A DNA stretch of 56,587 nt, counting the filler, from Dugesia japonica (lineage: Eukaryota), in assembly GCA_001938525.1 (NCBI GenBank). It is 6 parts of 6 records of this genome, joined end to end, with 100 filler letters (N's around TTAATTAATTAA, not from the genome) between each part and the next. Parts side by side here need not be neighbours in the genome. Positions count along the whole stretch, not along the records: positions 19,079 to 28,067 come from MQRL01605072.1; positions 28,168 to 38,202 come from MQRL01646372.1; positions 38,303 to 47,424 come from MQRL01635103.1; 3 more parts are not named here. One strand, written 5' to 3'. Numbering within the stretch: position 1 is the first letter of the stretch; each line of letters starts with the position of its first letter. This document shows positions 25,763-38,938 of this stretch, piece after piece. The notes beneath the pieces are model-generated. The model searched no databases, was not told the DNA's origin, and worked only from the letters and a program-made list of their open reading frames with translations. The translations under genes were made by a program, and so were the position numbers.

Positions 25763-26869
25763 TTACTTGACTTCATTAACAATTAATGTGCTATTTTTTA
25801 ATTTGTTTTAATACTGTTTTTATAGGCTAGAATTACTTAAGATTTTCTTTATAGTTGTTTTTGATAATAAAATATTTAATGTAGTTATATTAAAAATCTC
25901 AAACGATTTCAGTAAAATAAAATAGAAATGTCAATATTTCAACCATTGATATTTTTTTTAATTTTATCAATTTTTAATTATTATTAGAAAAAAATGGATA
26001 TTATAAATGAAATCTTTGCAAGATAAAAAGATTATTAGGCCATTCAGGAAATCACCAAAAGGGATTTTAAATATTTAAAATTGTCTATTCTTAGATTGTA
26101 TATTTGTCGATTACCAACCTTACAAAAAACGGTGATCTTGAAATTTATAATAATATGTATTCTATTTGGGCTATAATCTTTATGAACCTCATTAAAACAA
26201 AAAATCTAAACGCTGAAGAAACAAATCATTTATGGGTTAGATTACGGGTTCCCAACATATATGTCGTGTTGCATTTATGTTTCACTTGTATGATTCATGC
26301 TATCTGTGTCCTTGCATTCCTGTTGCATATCCATTATATACACAATGTTTTATGAATAAAGAACCAATTAAATTAATACACATACTTACATGAGAATAAG
26401 CTAAAACTTATAATAATTTTTCATTATTTTACAAATGCCAAATATTTTATCAAAAATCAATGCTTCAATTGTTTATGTTGAATGTAGTAAACCTGTGGAT
26501 CACCAGCAATAAAATAGAAACTTCTTAAAAAGTCGATAATATATGCGTTACAAATGATGTGAATTACTATTATTTACTAATTTTCCTAATAATACTCTTT
26601 GATGAAAGGAAGTACGTACAATATGCTTATATCAGAAATAATTTCCAAAGACAAGATTTTATTAAATGAATTATTTTCAAGAATTGACTAGTCATTTATA
26701 ATAAAAAAATGAGTTTTTTATAATTTAAACGGAAGTTCCTGAATATACACACGATGTTGGAATTCAAATAAATAGATGATTATGTTAATGAAAAATAATA
26801 TGTATTTAAATAAATTATTCTCTTCTAAAATCTGAATATTTAAATACTTCATTTTTTATATTTTATCAC

Positions 26870-28047
26870 ATTTCTCTTTTTATCATTCGAATTCCGGGAA
26901 TCTTGTTGGTTTACGTCTTTCTCTTGTAGGATTTCTTTATTCTTGTCTCTCTCCTGTTATATGTTCCGGTTTGATTATTGAACTTCTTTTTTACTGGACT
27001 ATCATTGTTGTGTTCTAAAGACTCTTTTCTCCTCTAGCTTTTTTATTATAAATCTTTTCATTTGATTAACATTACAAATTAGCGATTTCCCTTTGTAACT
27101 CATTCTTATATTATAGAATGGTAATATTTCCGTAACTTGACATGGTTCTTTATTCGCTTATTAAACATTCCTTTTTCTGATTTGAACATTGCCATATCGC
27201 CAATTTTTATTTAGTGGTTACTATTAATAATTACATTCACTTTTGCTTTCACATTTTGATTTATTCTTTCTAAATTTACTCTAATAATCTCTAAATATTG
27301 ATCCCGATTTTTCCAGGTGACTTGTTCGTTATTTAAATAAGTTTGAAATTGTTTGTCAAAAGCTATTTCAAAAGAAGAATAATTAGTTGTTTGATTTTTT
27401 TGTTATTCTCATACCCATTTCGACGAATGAAACGGCATATATCCAATTCGTGAGAAATTTCAAGCTGGTTGTATAAATTCTATCTCTTGCAGTTCTAAGA
27501 ATTCTTTCTACCAAGCCGTTCTGTTGATGATAGTATGGGCTTGCAAATGTTTGATTTATTAAAAGAACTTTACAAAATTCTTCCATGAAATTGTTTTTGA
27601 ACTGACCTCCATTATTGGAGTGAACAATTTTTGGCATTTCAAAGATAGTGATCCATCTTTTAAATAATTTACTTATTACTTGTCTCGACATGGTATATCT
27701 TGAGAAGACATCTATCACGCCTAAAATATATCTATAGCCTTTACATTCTGGTAATGGTCCTGTGATATCTATGCATATTTTTTCAAATGTCTCAATAGCT
27801 ACAAAGTATTTCTCAGGAATGTAGTTTGAAATTATTCCATTCTTTCGATTTATGCATGGAATGCACTTATCAATTAAGGATTTTGATCTCCAGTCCTAAC
27901 AATTTTGAATTAATTCCTTTGTCCTTATAAATCCTGGATGGCCCATGTTGTTATGATAATATTCTATTATTTCCTTTTACTTTAAGACGTGAAATCAATT
28001 TTAAAACTCGAATAATTAACTTCTCATCATTTTCTTTTTCGATCAGT
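26870..28047 (-). mobile_element. Gypsy LTR retrotransposon integrase relic
   Basis: HNNMGHPG, CIPC, ICIDITGPLP, ILGVIDVFSRY, VHSNNGGQF and PYYHQQNGLVER. Purine tract followed by TGTGAT near 26870. Confidence 0.85.
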
Positions 28048-29229
28048 TTCACATTTCTTCGTTTTTTNNNNNNNNNNNNNNNNNNNNNNNNNNNNNNNNN
28101 NNNNNNNNNNNTTAATTAATTAANNNNNNNNNNNNNNNNNNNNNNNNNNNNNNNNNNNNNNNNNNNNAAAAAATAATATTTATAACATAAATTATATGTA
28201 TAAAAAACACAAAACAAAATAAAAATTTTTAAAAATTTTCACAAAAAAAATACAAAATAAAATGAAAAATTTTTAAAATATTTTCAAAAAAAATTACAAA
28301 AAAATTAAAATTAAAAAATTCTAAGTATAATATATCTATAATATCTAAAAGACTTTTCTGTATTAATCAAAAAAAAAATTTTGAAAATTTTTTGACTTGA
28401 TTTAAAAATAAAATTAAAATTATTAAATTTTAAAAAAAACCAATAAAATTTTGATAAAATTTAAAGAATTTAGTAACAAAGATATATTGTATTGAATATC
28501 TCAAGAAGCCNNNNNNNNNNNNNNNNNNNNNNNNNNNNNNNNNNNNNNNNNNNNNNNNNNAAAATTTGAACTTTTTTACAAATAAATTTTGTTTTGATCG
28601 AAGCTTTATCTTATTTTAATGAAATTATTAATATAAATTAAACAAATACAATATTTTTATCCTATAATTATTTATCACTTATTAAATTTATCTATTAAAA
28701 TCCCAAAAACTTAGTGCCATTTAATAAATTCGACTTTTAATATGAGTTTTAATAACTTAAAAAAAATTTAATGAATAAAGAATTGATAATTATAAATGGT
28801 ATGCCTACTTGTACTCACTTTCACTCAAAACTTTAAAAACCTCTTTAACATTACATTTTCATAGATTAGATTATGTGAGTTTATTGTTTCTTTAGATTTC
28901 TTATGTATATTTTCGAATTTACATAATTTTGGCTAAAATGTGCTAATGATTCCATTCACTTTTACGACATATGTAACCAATTCATTTTAAAAAGTATAGT
29001 AAGAACAATAACACGGCTAGTCAAAAACATTTTAATGATTACTTCAAATTTACTTTTTACATCTTATAATGTATTTAGAAATATGTGTTATCTATTTATT
29101 TAGTATAATGGAAAATTGAAGAGAATATCTTTCTTTTATATTTATCGTCTCGCGTAAGCATAAGAATCATATTACTAATTAATATTATTGTTTCACCAAG
29201 CCCGCAAGTTTAATATGAAAACCTCTCAT

Positions 29230-29700
29230 TGCATTATTTACTATGACGTACTATCAATAGTTAAACAAACATTGTATTAAGAACAGTCCCCTGAGTCATC
29301 ACTGTTGAGTAGTGTACTTTTTTGTAATGATAATGAAGAGACCGAATCTATAAAACCCAAGGGGAAATGAAGATGAGTAATGGCTGCCTGATGAACACTA
29401 TCCATCAAATACTACTATATATATTTGTAAGGAAATTTGTGCTACAAAAGAAAATTCACATCAATCAACAGTAAAATAGAAAGTCTATCTAGGATATCTT
29501 AAGAGAAATGGTAGCTATGACTTTGTCTATAGAATGGGTTCTGTTAAATATCGGTATCCTTACAAATACAAAGGATGACTGCTGGCTGTTTATTGATTGT
29601 AGTTCAAAAGATGTGAAGACAGTGATTCTATATTTAGATACCGAGTGATCAGCTACTCCCACAAAAAACTACACAAAAAAAAACATAAAAAGTAATAATG
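29230..29700 (-). pseudogene. Possible LINE RT relic
   Basis: Degenerate DSVHQ and VMTQGTVLNTMF resemble AFDSVPH and GVPQGTVLGPLLF. Confidence 0.35.
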
Positions 29701-30022
29701 AATCATAAAGATAAGAAAGATGAGTACTCTGTGAAGTAGTGAAGATAAAAATTATGGAATTGTATATTTTCGGTTCTAGCGTGTAAAATAACTACTATAT
29801 AGACGGTATCAAAAATTTGAAAAATAATCATAAAATAATTCAATGGTGAGAATTTTCATTTCACTTTCACTTTATCACTTAATTTTCATTGAAACTGATA
29901 TCTAAAAAAAAATATAATTATTGAGAAATCTTTTTACTAACTAACAATAATCTAAATCAAATTTTATTCTTAAGCACAAACCAACAATAAATTTCAAAAC
30001 CGATTCTTTTGTTCAATATATT

Positions 30023-30343
30023 CAGGAGGGTACAAACTCTATTTTCGGAAAAATATATAAAATTTATTTTAAAAATTATAGACCTTTTCCAATCCAGTTA
30101 ATTTAATTTAAACCCCAAAATATTAAATTTTAACATGTGCACATACCACGTAATAATGAAACAATACATCTTTTTAATTTATTGTAACACTTGTTAATTA
30201 AGACAGAAAATATTTATAAAAAATTATTAATGAATATTTTTAACTTTATCCTATTCCTATTAAATTTTGATATTATAAAAATTTACAATATATTTCATAG
30301 GGTGTGCAGTTGCACCGTTTGCGCCCCTCTGTGGACGCTCATG
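30023..30343. mobile_element. hAT-type MITE
   Basis: Ends CAGGAGGGTACA / TGGACGCTCATG. 8-bp TSD AATATATT / ATTATATT. Confidence 0.65.
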
Positions 30344-33300
30344 ATTATATTGTTATCATGTACTTGGATACATTCATCAAATTTAATTATTGTATTATAT
30401 TAATTTAAAATATAAAGCAGAAAATCAATAAATAATATCCAGAGAGAAATTCAGACAATTTTATTCAGAGGTATAGATCCTATCAAAAGTTTTAGGAATC
30501 TCGATTGCCGCTATCTTGATGTTTTTAGACGTTTTGACAAATCTTAAAAATTAAATCAATTTTTAGGATTGGAAAGCTTAAGTAGTTGTATTAGCATGTA
30601 AGATTTCTTTTATTCTTTAGGAGTTTCTCTTATTCTTTCGTAGTTTTTCTTTTCTAAACTTGTTTTCATTCAGCATTATTTTCGTCCAGCAGAGATGTGG
30701 ACATGAATTATTAGTCATAATTTATGACATTATTGCAATTGTTTTATCAGGTATGAATGAATCAAGAGTTATTTATAGAAATGCTATCAGATATGAAGAT
30801 GATTTAAATTATGACAAATTATCCTTGAAAACAATTATGATGTAGCTTGATTTGAAGTAAACAATAGAAATCGGACAGGAGTATTGAAAAAGTAAAATAA
30901 AGAAAAATTTTATAGCACTGCTATTGTGTCTAATAAATAACTCAAGTGCTACATTATAAAACTTCTGTGATAGATGAGTCAGAGAATATTTATTCGTACT
31001 TCTGAATGATATTATTTGTGGATTTTTGCTGATATTATTGTCTGAAAAATCTATGTTTATTATTTGTTAATTTCTTCTAAATACTCTTTTTATAAAAATA
31101 TGTCGATTTTGAACCGAAGTCTCATTTACAGTCTTAATGTTACTGAATAGCTTTGTTATTTAAAAATCTTTCGTTGCATAAAATAAATAATAATCAGAAA
31201 GTGTTATGTCAAGAAATTAGAGAAGATGAAATAACACTTTCCAAAAGTGTTATAAATATTTTTATTTTATAAGTATACATAAAATTAACAAACCAAAACA
31301 ATTTATTTAATTTAGCTAAGATAATAATGATACTAAAGAAATACTAAAATTTGTCGTCTTTTGGAAGATTAAACATTTAATCTATATTCTTCGTTTTAGA
31401 CCGAAACTGCTATAATCTATGATAGCCTTCGTCTTTTAGCCAAAGGATTCGCTAGTCTTGCCAGTATGAGTGAAATTAAGTTATCATCAACACTATCCTG
31501 CAATTCTAAAACCAATTGGGCTCCTGGTATTAGTTTCCTTAATTCTATTAAATCAGTAAGTATATTATTTAATTCACATTTCAAGTAGATATTCTTGCAG
31601 TTAGCAAAATATTTATTTATTGTATTCATAACAATCAAAGTAAATTTATTCGACTAATTGTACAAATTTCATTAAATTAAAAGCTTCGCTCAAAATATTG
31701 TTTTTCTTTTTTATATTTATTTTTTTTAGTTCGTAATAGTATTTTGAATTTTCGGCTTTGTATTCGTCATTAGAGGTAGAGTTGCAGTTCTGACAAATTT
31801 CACAAAAAGGACATCAATTAAAAATATGCTCATAAATTAAAGGACAGTTCTTTAAAATAAAGGACGGTTGGCAACACTATTGTTTAAATGAGCACATATG
31901 CTTCTTTTTCTGCATTGAGTGTTATCAATATAAATTAATTACTGAACATTAATAGTTTTATAATTTACTTTTAGATAAAAAATAGAAATCTTCATTTTTT
32001 GTTTTCTGTTGCCTTATTTTTTAAGAAGTTTAACCCTTTTTATTAAATTAATCGAAAACTTTCCAATAAATACTCTATTAATAACAAGCCATTTAAAGGT
32101 CATTTCAAATAGAGTTTTAACATAAAACATGTTTTATTTTCTTTAATTTTAACTTTTTGTAAAATTTGATGAAAAATCAAAACAAAATTCTCATAAATTT
32201 AAAACGTTTCAAAGTACATTTAAAAATTTTTTGCTTCGGGAAACTTTAACAGGACTTAAACACATATGACGAACGAATGAGGTACGCATATATTTATTGG
32301 AAAGTTAATATTGGAAATTTAATTTTATTTTAATGCTTTACTATTCTTGAGAAAAATGATGTTAGAAATAAAGGACAATTGGCGTCTTTTCAAAATTCAT
32401 AAAAGGATAAGGACTAAAAAGCTCAATTAAAGGAATGTTCTTTAAAATAAATGACGGTTGGCAACACTAATTGGGGGTATATATAATTCTTGAAGTTACT
32501 GGAAAAGTATTTTCGGCAAAATTATCCGAACAATTATGTTTCTGATAATTATTTATAAAAGTTAACTGTCTCAATGACAAAACATTTTTAAGTTTCGTAT
32601 GTAAAAATAGTTAATGTAAAATTACAGTTAAATGGTATAAAGTTGCAAAATTATAAGTTAAAAATTAATCATTAAATTTCATATTTAAAAAATTATTATT
32701 CTTCATAGATTTGTGATGTTTAGAAACTAATGGAAAATACGGATTGGTTTTTAATTAACAGCTGATTACTTAAATACTCCAGATATTGATCTTCAATTAA
32801 TTGATTTGCAATTTTTACAGGAAATTTCTTTATCAATTTTTTTCAGCTAACTTCAAACGCGTGTGTTCTTTCAAATTGATTTTGTTTATAAAATAATAAG
32901 GATTGATATGAACGATTAAAAATGTATTTCAATATGTATTTCAATTCGATTGTCCTCTGTATCACATATATTTTTAAAAGAATCTGTTGCTGAAAATCGG
33001 CGCTTCTAGCAATATCTTATCAAGAATTGAAGTTCAATTTTAATATTTACCATCTTTATTTTACTTAGTAATAATTTATTAATATAATATTATATTATAT
33101 TATAATTTTTGCAACGATTAGTTTTCGATTAATTAACGATTAAGATTAATGTAAATAAAGCATTTAAACAACTACGTTTGAAACAAAATATAATAATACA
33201 TGTAAATTGAATTTTTGCAGCTGTAACAGAACCTTATTGACAATCTAAAATTTTTGAAAAATAAAATAAAATTATACGTTGTATTTTAAATATAATTGTA

Positions 33301-34619
33301 GTATTAGGTGAAGTTATAAATATAAAAGTAGTTCTTATTAACTATGAGATTTTTAAAGAATGACACTTTCAATTTCAAAGATTAATGCTGGAGGATCGTA
33401 TAGACAAATGTCTAGAACCCGGTCAAAAGAACCGTTTCGAAAAGATTTTTTAAAAAAATAAGTTTACTTAAATTTCACAAAATAAAAAAAAGTTGAATGC
33501 TCAAATAAATAATCTTCTCTCCCCAGTTCTTAGGCAAAGTGATTATGAATTTGCTTTTAAAAATTTTAATTACAATTACAATAAAAATCTTAACACCAAA
33601 TTAATAAATACGAAATATATAAATGTACATAAATATCACACAATAATTGACTAATTGTGTAGGTGGCCTTTTCATTAGTTTTCTTTATATCGAACAAAAT
33701 ACTTTGGCCAATATTAATTGTGAGAATATAATTGATAATTTTTAATTAAAAACGAGAAAACCGAAATTTTAAATCAATTTCATTCATACTTAATTAAAAC
33801 CATAGTTTTGTTTAGCATTTAATGGAATAAATTTCGTCTTTTATTAATTTCTGGAATGCAAACAGTTCTAATTTTGCTATAATTTTGTCGGGATCTATAA
33901 AAACTAAAGAGTATTGTTTTGTATTGAAATTGTTTTAAATTATAAAAAAAAGTAAAAATGGCTGCAGCCCGAAAAAAGGCTAATCCGGCAACACTAACAA
34001 TAAATGTAACAGTTATGTAATAAAGTTAATGTAACTTTCTTTATTAACGTGATCATTAATAGCAACTATAAACCGATATAATATCAGTATTATAAAGTTA
34101 AATTTTTTATGTTTTACAAATTGTCAAGATTTTGATGCTCTTCTAAGAGATTTAATTAATTATTAAAGACAGTATATATTTGTCATGATCAGACAGAATT
34201 TCCTATTTCATATGTATTTGTCTAGTAATTTTTGTATGGTAAATCTACAGTTATCAAGTTCCTGTAGCGTTAGATAGAAATTTTCGGCAATATTTTTAAT
34301 GCTTACTAGTTAACACTTATTCAAAACAACTGTTCATATTATTTTTCATCATGAGTCAATCGAATTTTGAATAATGTAATTCGACAAAATAAAACAACAT
34401 TATAATGAACTTTGTCAAATTTCTTATAAATTAGATTCAATTTATGAATAAAAAAACATTAATATTTATGAGTTTCAACACGTCAATAATATTTATGTAA
34501 CTTCATAGAAAAACACTACAAACAAAAATAACTGAAGTAAACAGAGATATTTTCAAATTTATTAATCTAGTGGATTTTAGATGATAGTATATTTATCTAT
34601 AATATAGATCAAAAGTATA

Positions 34620-37600
34620 AAGTCTTGCAATGAGTATTGATTTATCAAATTTATTTTTATTGGCAATAATCATTTAATGCCCAGGTACCTTTATGACTTT
34701 TTGTTCATAACTGAGGTTCGTCAAGAAATCATGTTGATAATTGTCAATGTCAAAGAAAACATTTAAAGAAATTAATTTCCTTTAAGATTTTATTTCTCAC
34801 CAATGGCATCACAACTGGCATTTTGATCATCTCATATCCAGAAAACATAATCGGTGCCGTAGTTATTGCTACATTCAATCGCTTGAACAGGTTAATCATT
34901 TTCCATTGTCCATTTCAATCTTTTTTACTCAAACTGTTATATAATTGTTCTCATATTCTGGCTATTTTGTCTACTTTGATGAATCTTGTTCAATAATAGC
35001 AGATACATAAATACCTAAGTTTATTTACACAATTTGGTTTTCCAAAATTTAGTACGAATTCAATTACAGAATGATCGATCCGTATGCCTTCCTTGATGAC
35101 TTTGTGTCCCGATCTCCTTTAACACTTTCTCGAATTTTGCATAATGTTGTTTTTTATTGTTCGAATAAATTAATATGGCGTCCGAATATACCATGTCTTC
35201 TTAATCTTGTCGAACACCTATTATAATTTCATGGAACGTATCTGATCCTGTAGTAATTTCGAACATCATTTTAGTAAAACAATATTATTTGTTCTTTGTT
35301 AAGATAGTTGTTTTATTCTGCGATTTTTCGTCCAAGTCCATTTGATAATAAGTATTATCTATATCAATCGTGCTGAAAAATCAAGATTCTTCAAACAAAT
35401 TCTAAAATTTGGCTTATGTTTGCTTTTAACTGTCTGAAATTCATGAATAACTTTTTTCTTTTTTCAAGTCGCATGTTAGCTTTGTGTTCATAAGGTAATC
35501 GAATTTCTTTATTATCTCATTTGCAGACGAATACTGTATTGCTTCTTAAATCTTTGCTTTCCAAATTTATGGGCTCCCAATATGTTTATATGTTGATCAA
35601 TTCACTTTTTGTCGCTATATGTTTTACCAAATGTGTTCAGAACTCATGTTTCCGAGATAGCTGATTTACTATGGAAAAAGTTTTCCACGTGTATACAAAA
35701 GTAATTCAATCATAAAGAGAATTTTTTGAAAAATAATAAAATGGTTTTCAATGCTAAACATTAGTTTTGTTACTTTTCGCGATACATATCCGAGTATCCT
35801 TTTTATAAAAAATCATTCATCTCAAATACTAATAGTAAAAAGACTTGTCAATAATATTAATGATTTATTTAACAAAATTTAATTTGTATTATTCAAACAA
35901 AATTGACTGTTTAAATAATACCTATTTTCTAACTTCCCTCTCCATTGAAATTGAAATTCGTTTTAGCCATTAAATTCGTCTTGACTTTAATTTATCTGGA
36001 AAATTCAGTAAGACTTGGTGGGAACTTAAAAACTTAATAATCGTATACGGACCTTCATATATGTCTCCACTTTTATGAATATTATGAGGCTCTTTATTTA
36101 CAAGAACATTTTCACCAATTGCAAATTGTCTGTGACCTGTTGTATTTGATTCGTACTTAATCATTTCCTCCGCAACTCGTTTCAGTTCTACTTTTGTGTT
36201 ATTAACCACNTGTTCATGATTAGCGAGCTCATTTCTCGACAACCCATATAACATCACTTTTGCCCATATAGAACTTTAAATGAAAATCTATTTATAGCGC
36301 TTTGATATGTTACATTAATTGAAGATTTAATCTTGGGAATGTATTTATCCCAAGTAAATTTATTCTTATCACTATTCGTTGAAGTGACTAACATATCTCT
36401 GAATGTTCTAATTACTCGCTCTGCTAAACCGTTGGCTTGATGTTGGTAAGGTGATGTAAATTCTTGTGAAATTCCAAATCTTCCACACAACTCATTCATT
36501 TAGCTACCTTCAAAAACTCTACCCCGAGCAGATATGATTGATTTTGGTTTTCCAAATCGGTAAATCATTGGTTTTTTATTGCATCTGATATTGCTGTTTC
36601 ATCTTGTTTTGACTGAGAGGTATCAGTCAAACCAGTTTGCTAAATCTATCGATAATAACAAGCAAGTACTTTTGATTAGGCTTATACTCAGAAAAATAGC
36701 CACTACTATTATCACAACATAAGCACGCTGATTGTTGTAAGATTTCATCACGTGGAGGTGCTTTACCCCTGTATTGATTGTAGAATTTCATTGCAATCAT
36801 CTTCATTGATCGTTGTAGTCTATTGGCTTGATGAGAAAAATTACCATTATTGCTTGATTGTGAAAAATTTTTATCTCGATCCTTATATGCAGTAAATTTT
36901 TCAGATTGATTAATATTTTCTGAAGATTTAAAATTTCCTGAATTTCTTTGGTGCTTAAAATGTGTCTTTACTTCTGAACGTTGATTAAAATATCGAGATT
37001 TACTTATCACTTGCGAATATGTTGGTTTCNNNNNNNNNNNNNNNNNNNNNNNNNNNNNNNNNNNNNNNNNNNNNNNNNNNNNNNNNNNNNNNNNNNNNNN
37101 NNNNNNNNNNNNNNNNNNNNNNNNNNNNNNNNNNNNNNNNNNNNNNNNNNNNNNNNNNNNNNNNNNNNNNNNNNNNNNNNNNNNNNNNNNNNNNNNNNNN
37201 NNNNNNNNNNNNNNNNNNNNNNNNNNNNNNNNNNNNNNNNNNNNNNNNNNNNNNNTTCTTTACTTTATCATAAATTGATTTTGTATTTGTAAAGGTTTTC
37301 ATAAACTATTTTTCGACCTCATTAGTAACAGAATCATTTGAACAGGCAAATTCTTCAATCAACTGTTTTGCATCATATTTTAGGAGCATATCTAATGCGA
37401 AAGCAAATTCCATTTGAGTGAATGTCGCAAAATCTTTTGTTGTGTGCATCCAATCTTCGGCATCTTGACTGAGACTATCAAAGAAACTTGGTTTCGAGAT
37501 TAACATTTCTTGCCTTTTTTGAGGCAAATTAGAAAAAATATTTTGCCTTTCTTCGCGGTGATGCAAAAGACCTGTGGCAAGCATTTAAAAGCCGGCAGAA

Positions 37601-38202
37601 TGTTGACGATAAAATGGCTAGCGAATGGTTTAAAGGAAAATTTATAAAAAAAAAGTCATTTCTCCGAATTATTGAAGAATGTAGTGGATTCGACAAAAAG
37701 AAAATGAACGTTTTGAAAACTTTGAATTAAGAGTTTTAAGATCAGTCAAAGAAATATTTGAATCAGGATTTACTGTGGAGGAAATTGCTCAGCAAATAAT
37801 CAAGAAAAGAGTTGGTTCGAAAGAGCTAATAAACTCATTTGCTCTTAAACCAGAAATTAAGATGGATGAAATGAGAAAGTTGGCTGAAAACTTTGAGAAA
37901 AACGATGACAATTTTGATGGGTTACAGATAAATAAGTTGACTTATTCAGAAGTGGCAGCTGCAAGTTACAATCCGAGAATTAAGAAAACTGATTTAAAAG
38001 GTTCTAACTATCATAAACCTTGGAATAATGAAATTGAAAAATCAATTCCAATTGCTGAAGAATTTAATGATTTCAAAACAGTAGAGAAGGTCAATTTAAA
38101 AATATGCAAACAGTTTCCATGAAGTTTTTTGCAAGGAAATTGTACAATAGATCAAAAGGACTTCCTCCACCAAAAGAAGAACAATTAAAAAAAGCTCATG
38201 TT
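34620..38202. mobile_element. Cluster of Gypsy relics (RT ~35050-35400 minus; integrase 35950-36780 minus with PPT and short LTR-like region; gag-like fragments 36800-38200)
   Basis: FSTIDIDNTYYQMDLD, KYLLVIIDRFSKLV, FTSPYQHQANGLAERVIRT and the GPY motif YEGPYTI. Confidence 0.8.
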
Positions 38203-38938
38203 NNNNNNNNNNNNNNNNNNNNNNNNNNNNNNNNNNNNNNNNNNNNTTAATTAATTAANNNNNNNNNNNNNNNNNNNNNNNNNNNNNNNNNNNNNNNNNN
38301 NNCTTTCATTATAAATAATGAAGACTTTTTATAAATGAAATTTTCATTTTTATTAATTGAATAAAGCACTAAATTTTCATATAAAATTTGAATTAATCAT
38401 TACAAAATAAAACTGAATTATTTACAAACATAATTAAAGTGGTTAAATAAAAATTAATACCTTTAAATGGTTTGGCATTTTTCTTCATTCTTTTTCTTTA
38501 TTTGCTTAAATTGTTTGAAAAATTTGAATTTTGACCATATTTTTTGTATTTTAAAAAGAATTTTGTTAACATGATTTATTAAATGTTATGGTTAAAANAA
38601 TAGTTCCTGGAAAAGGCTATACCAAAATATGGAAAAAAATAACAGCAACTTTGATCTTTGCTTGTTAAAAAAGTTTTTTTGAAATAAAAACTTTTTGGTT
38701 GTTAAAAATACAACAAATTGCCAAAAATTAACTCATCAATTCCAGTTCCTTATTTCAAAAGAGCAAAATGTAAATTTATTATTTATGATTTCAAATAATA
38801 ATCAATTTATTTTATTTTATTTCAATTGATGTGAAATCGATTGTTTAATGTTATTTTCTTTATATTCTAATTTTCAAAATTACTTTTATACTTAAAATAA
38901 TAAATGAGATATAAAATACAATAATAATTATTTATTAG

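Noticed and set aside
36981-37302. ORFs spanning N runs (also 44084-44335 and 47469-47651)
   Set aside because: Artefacts of translating through gaps.
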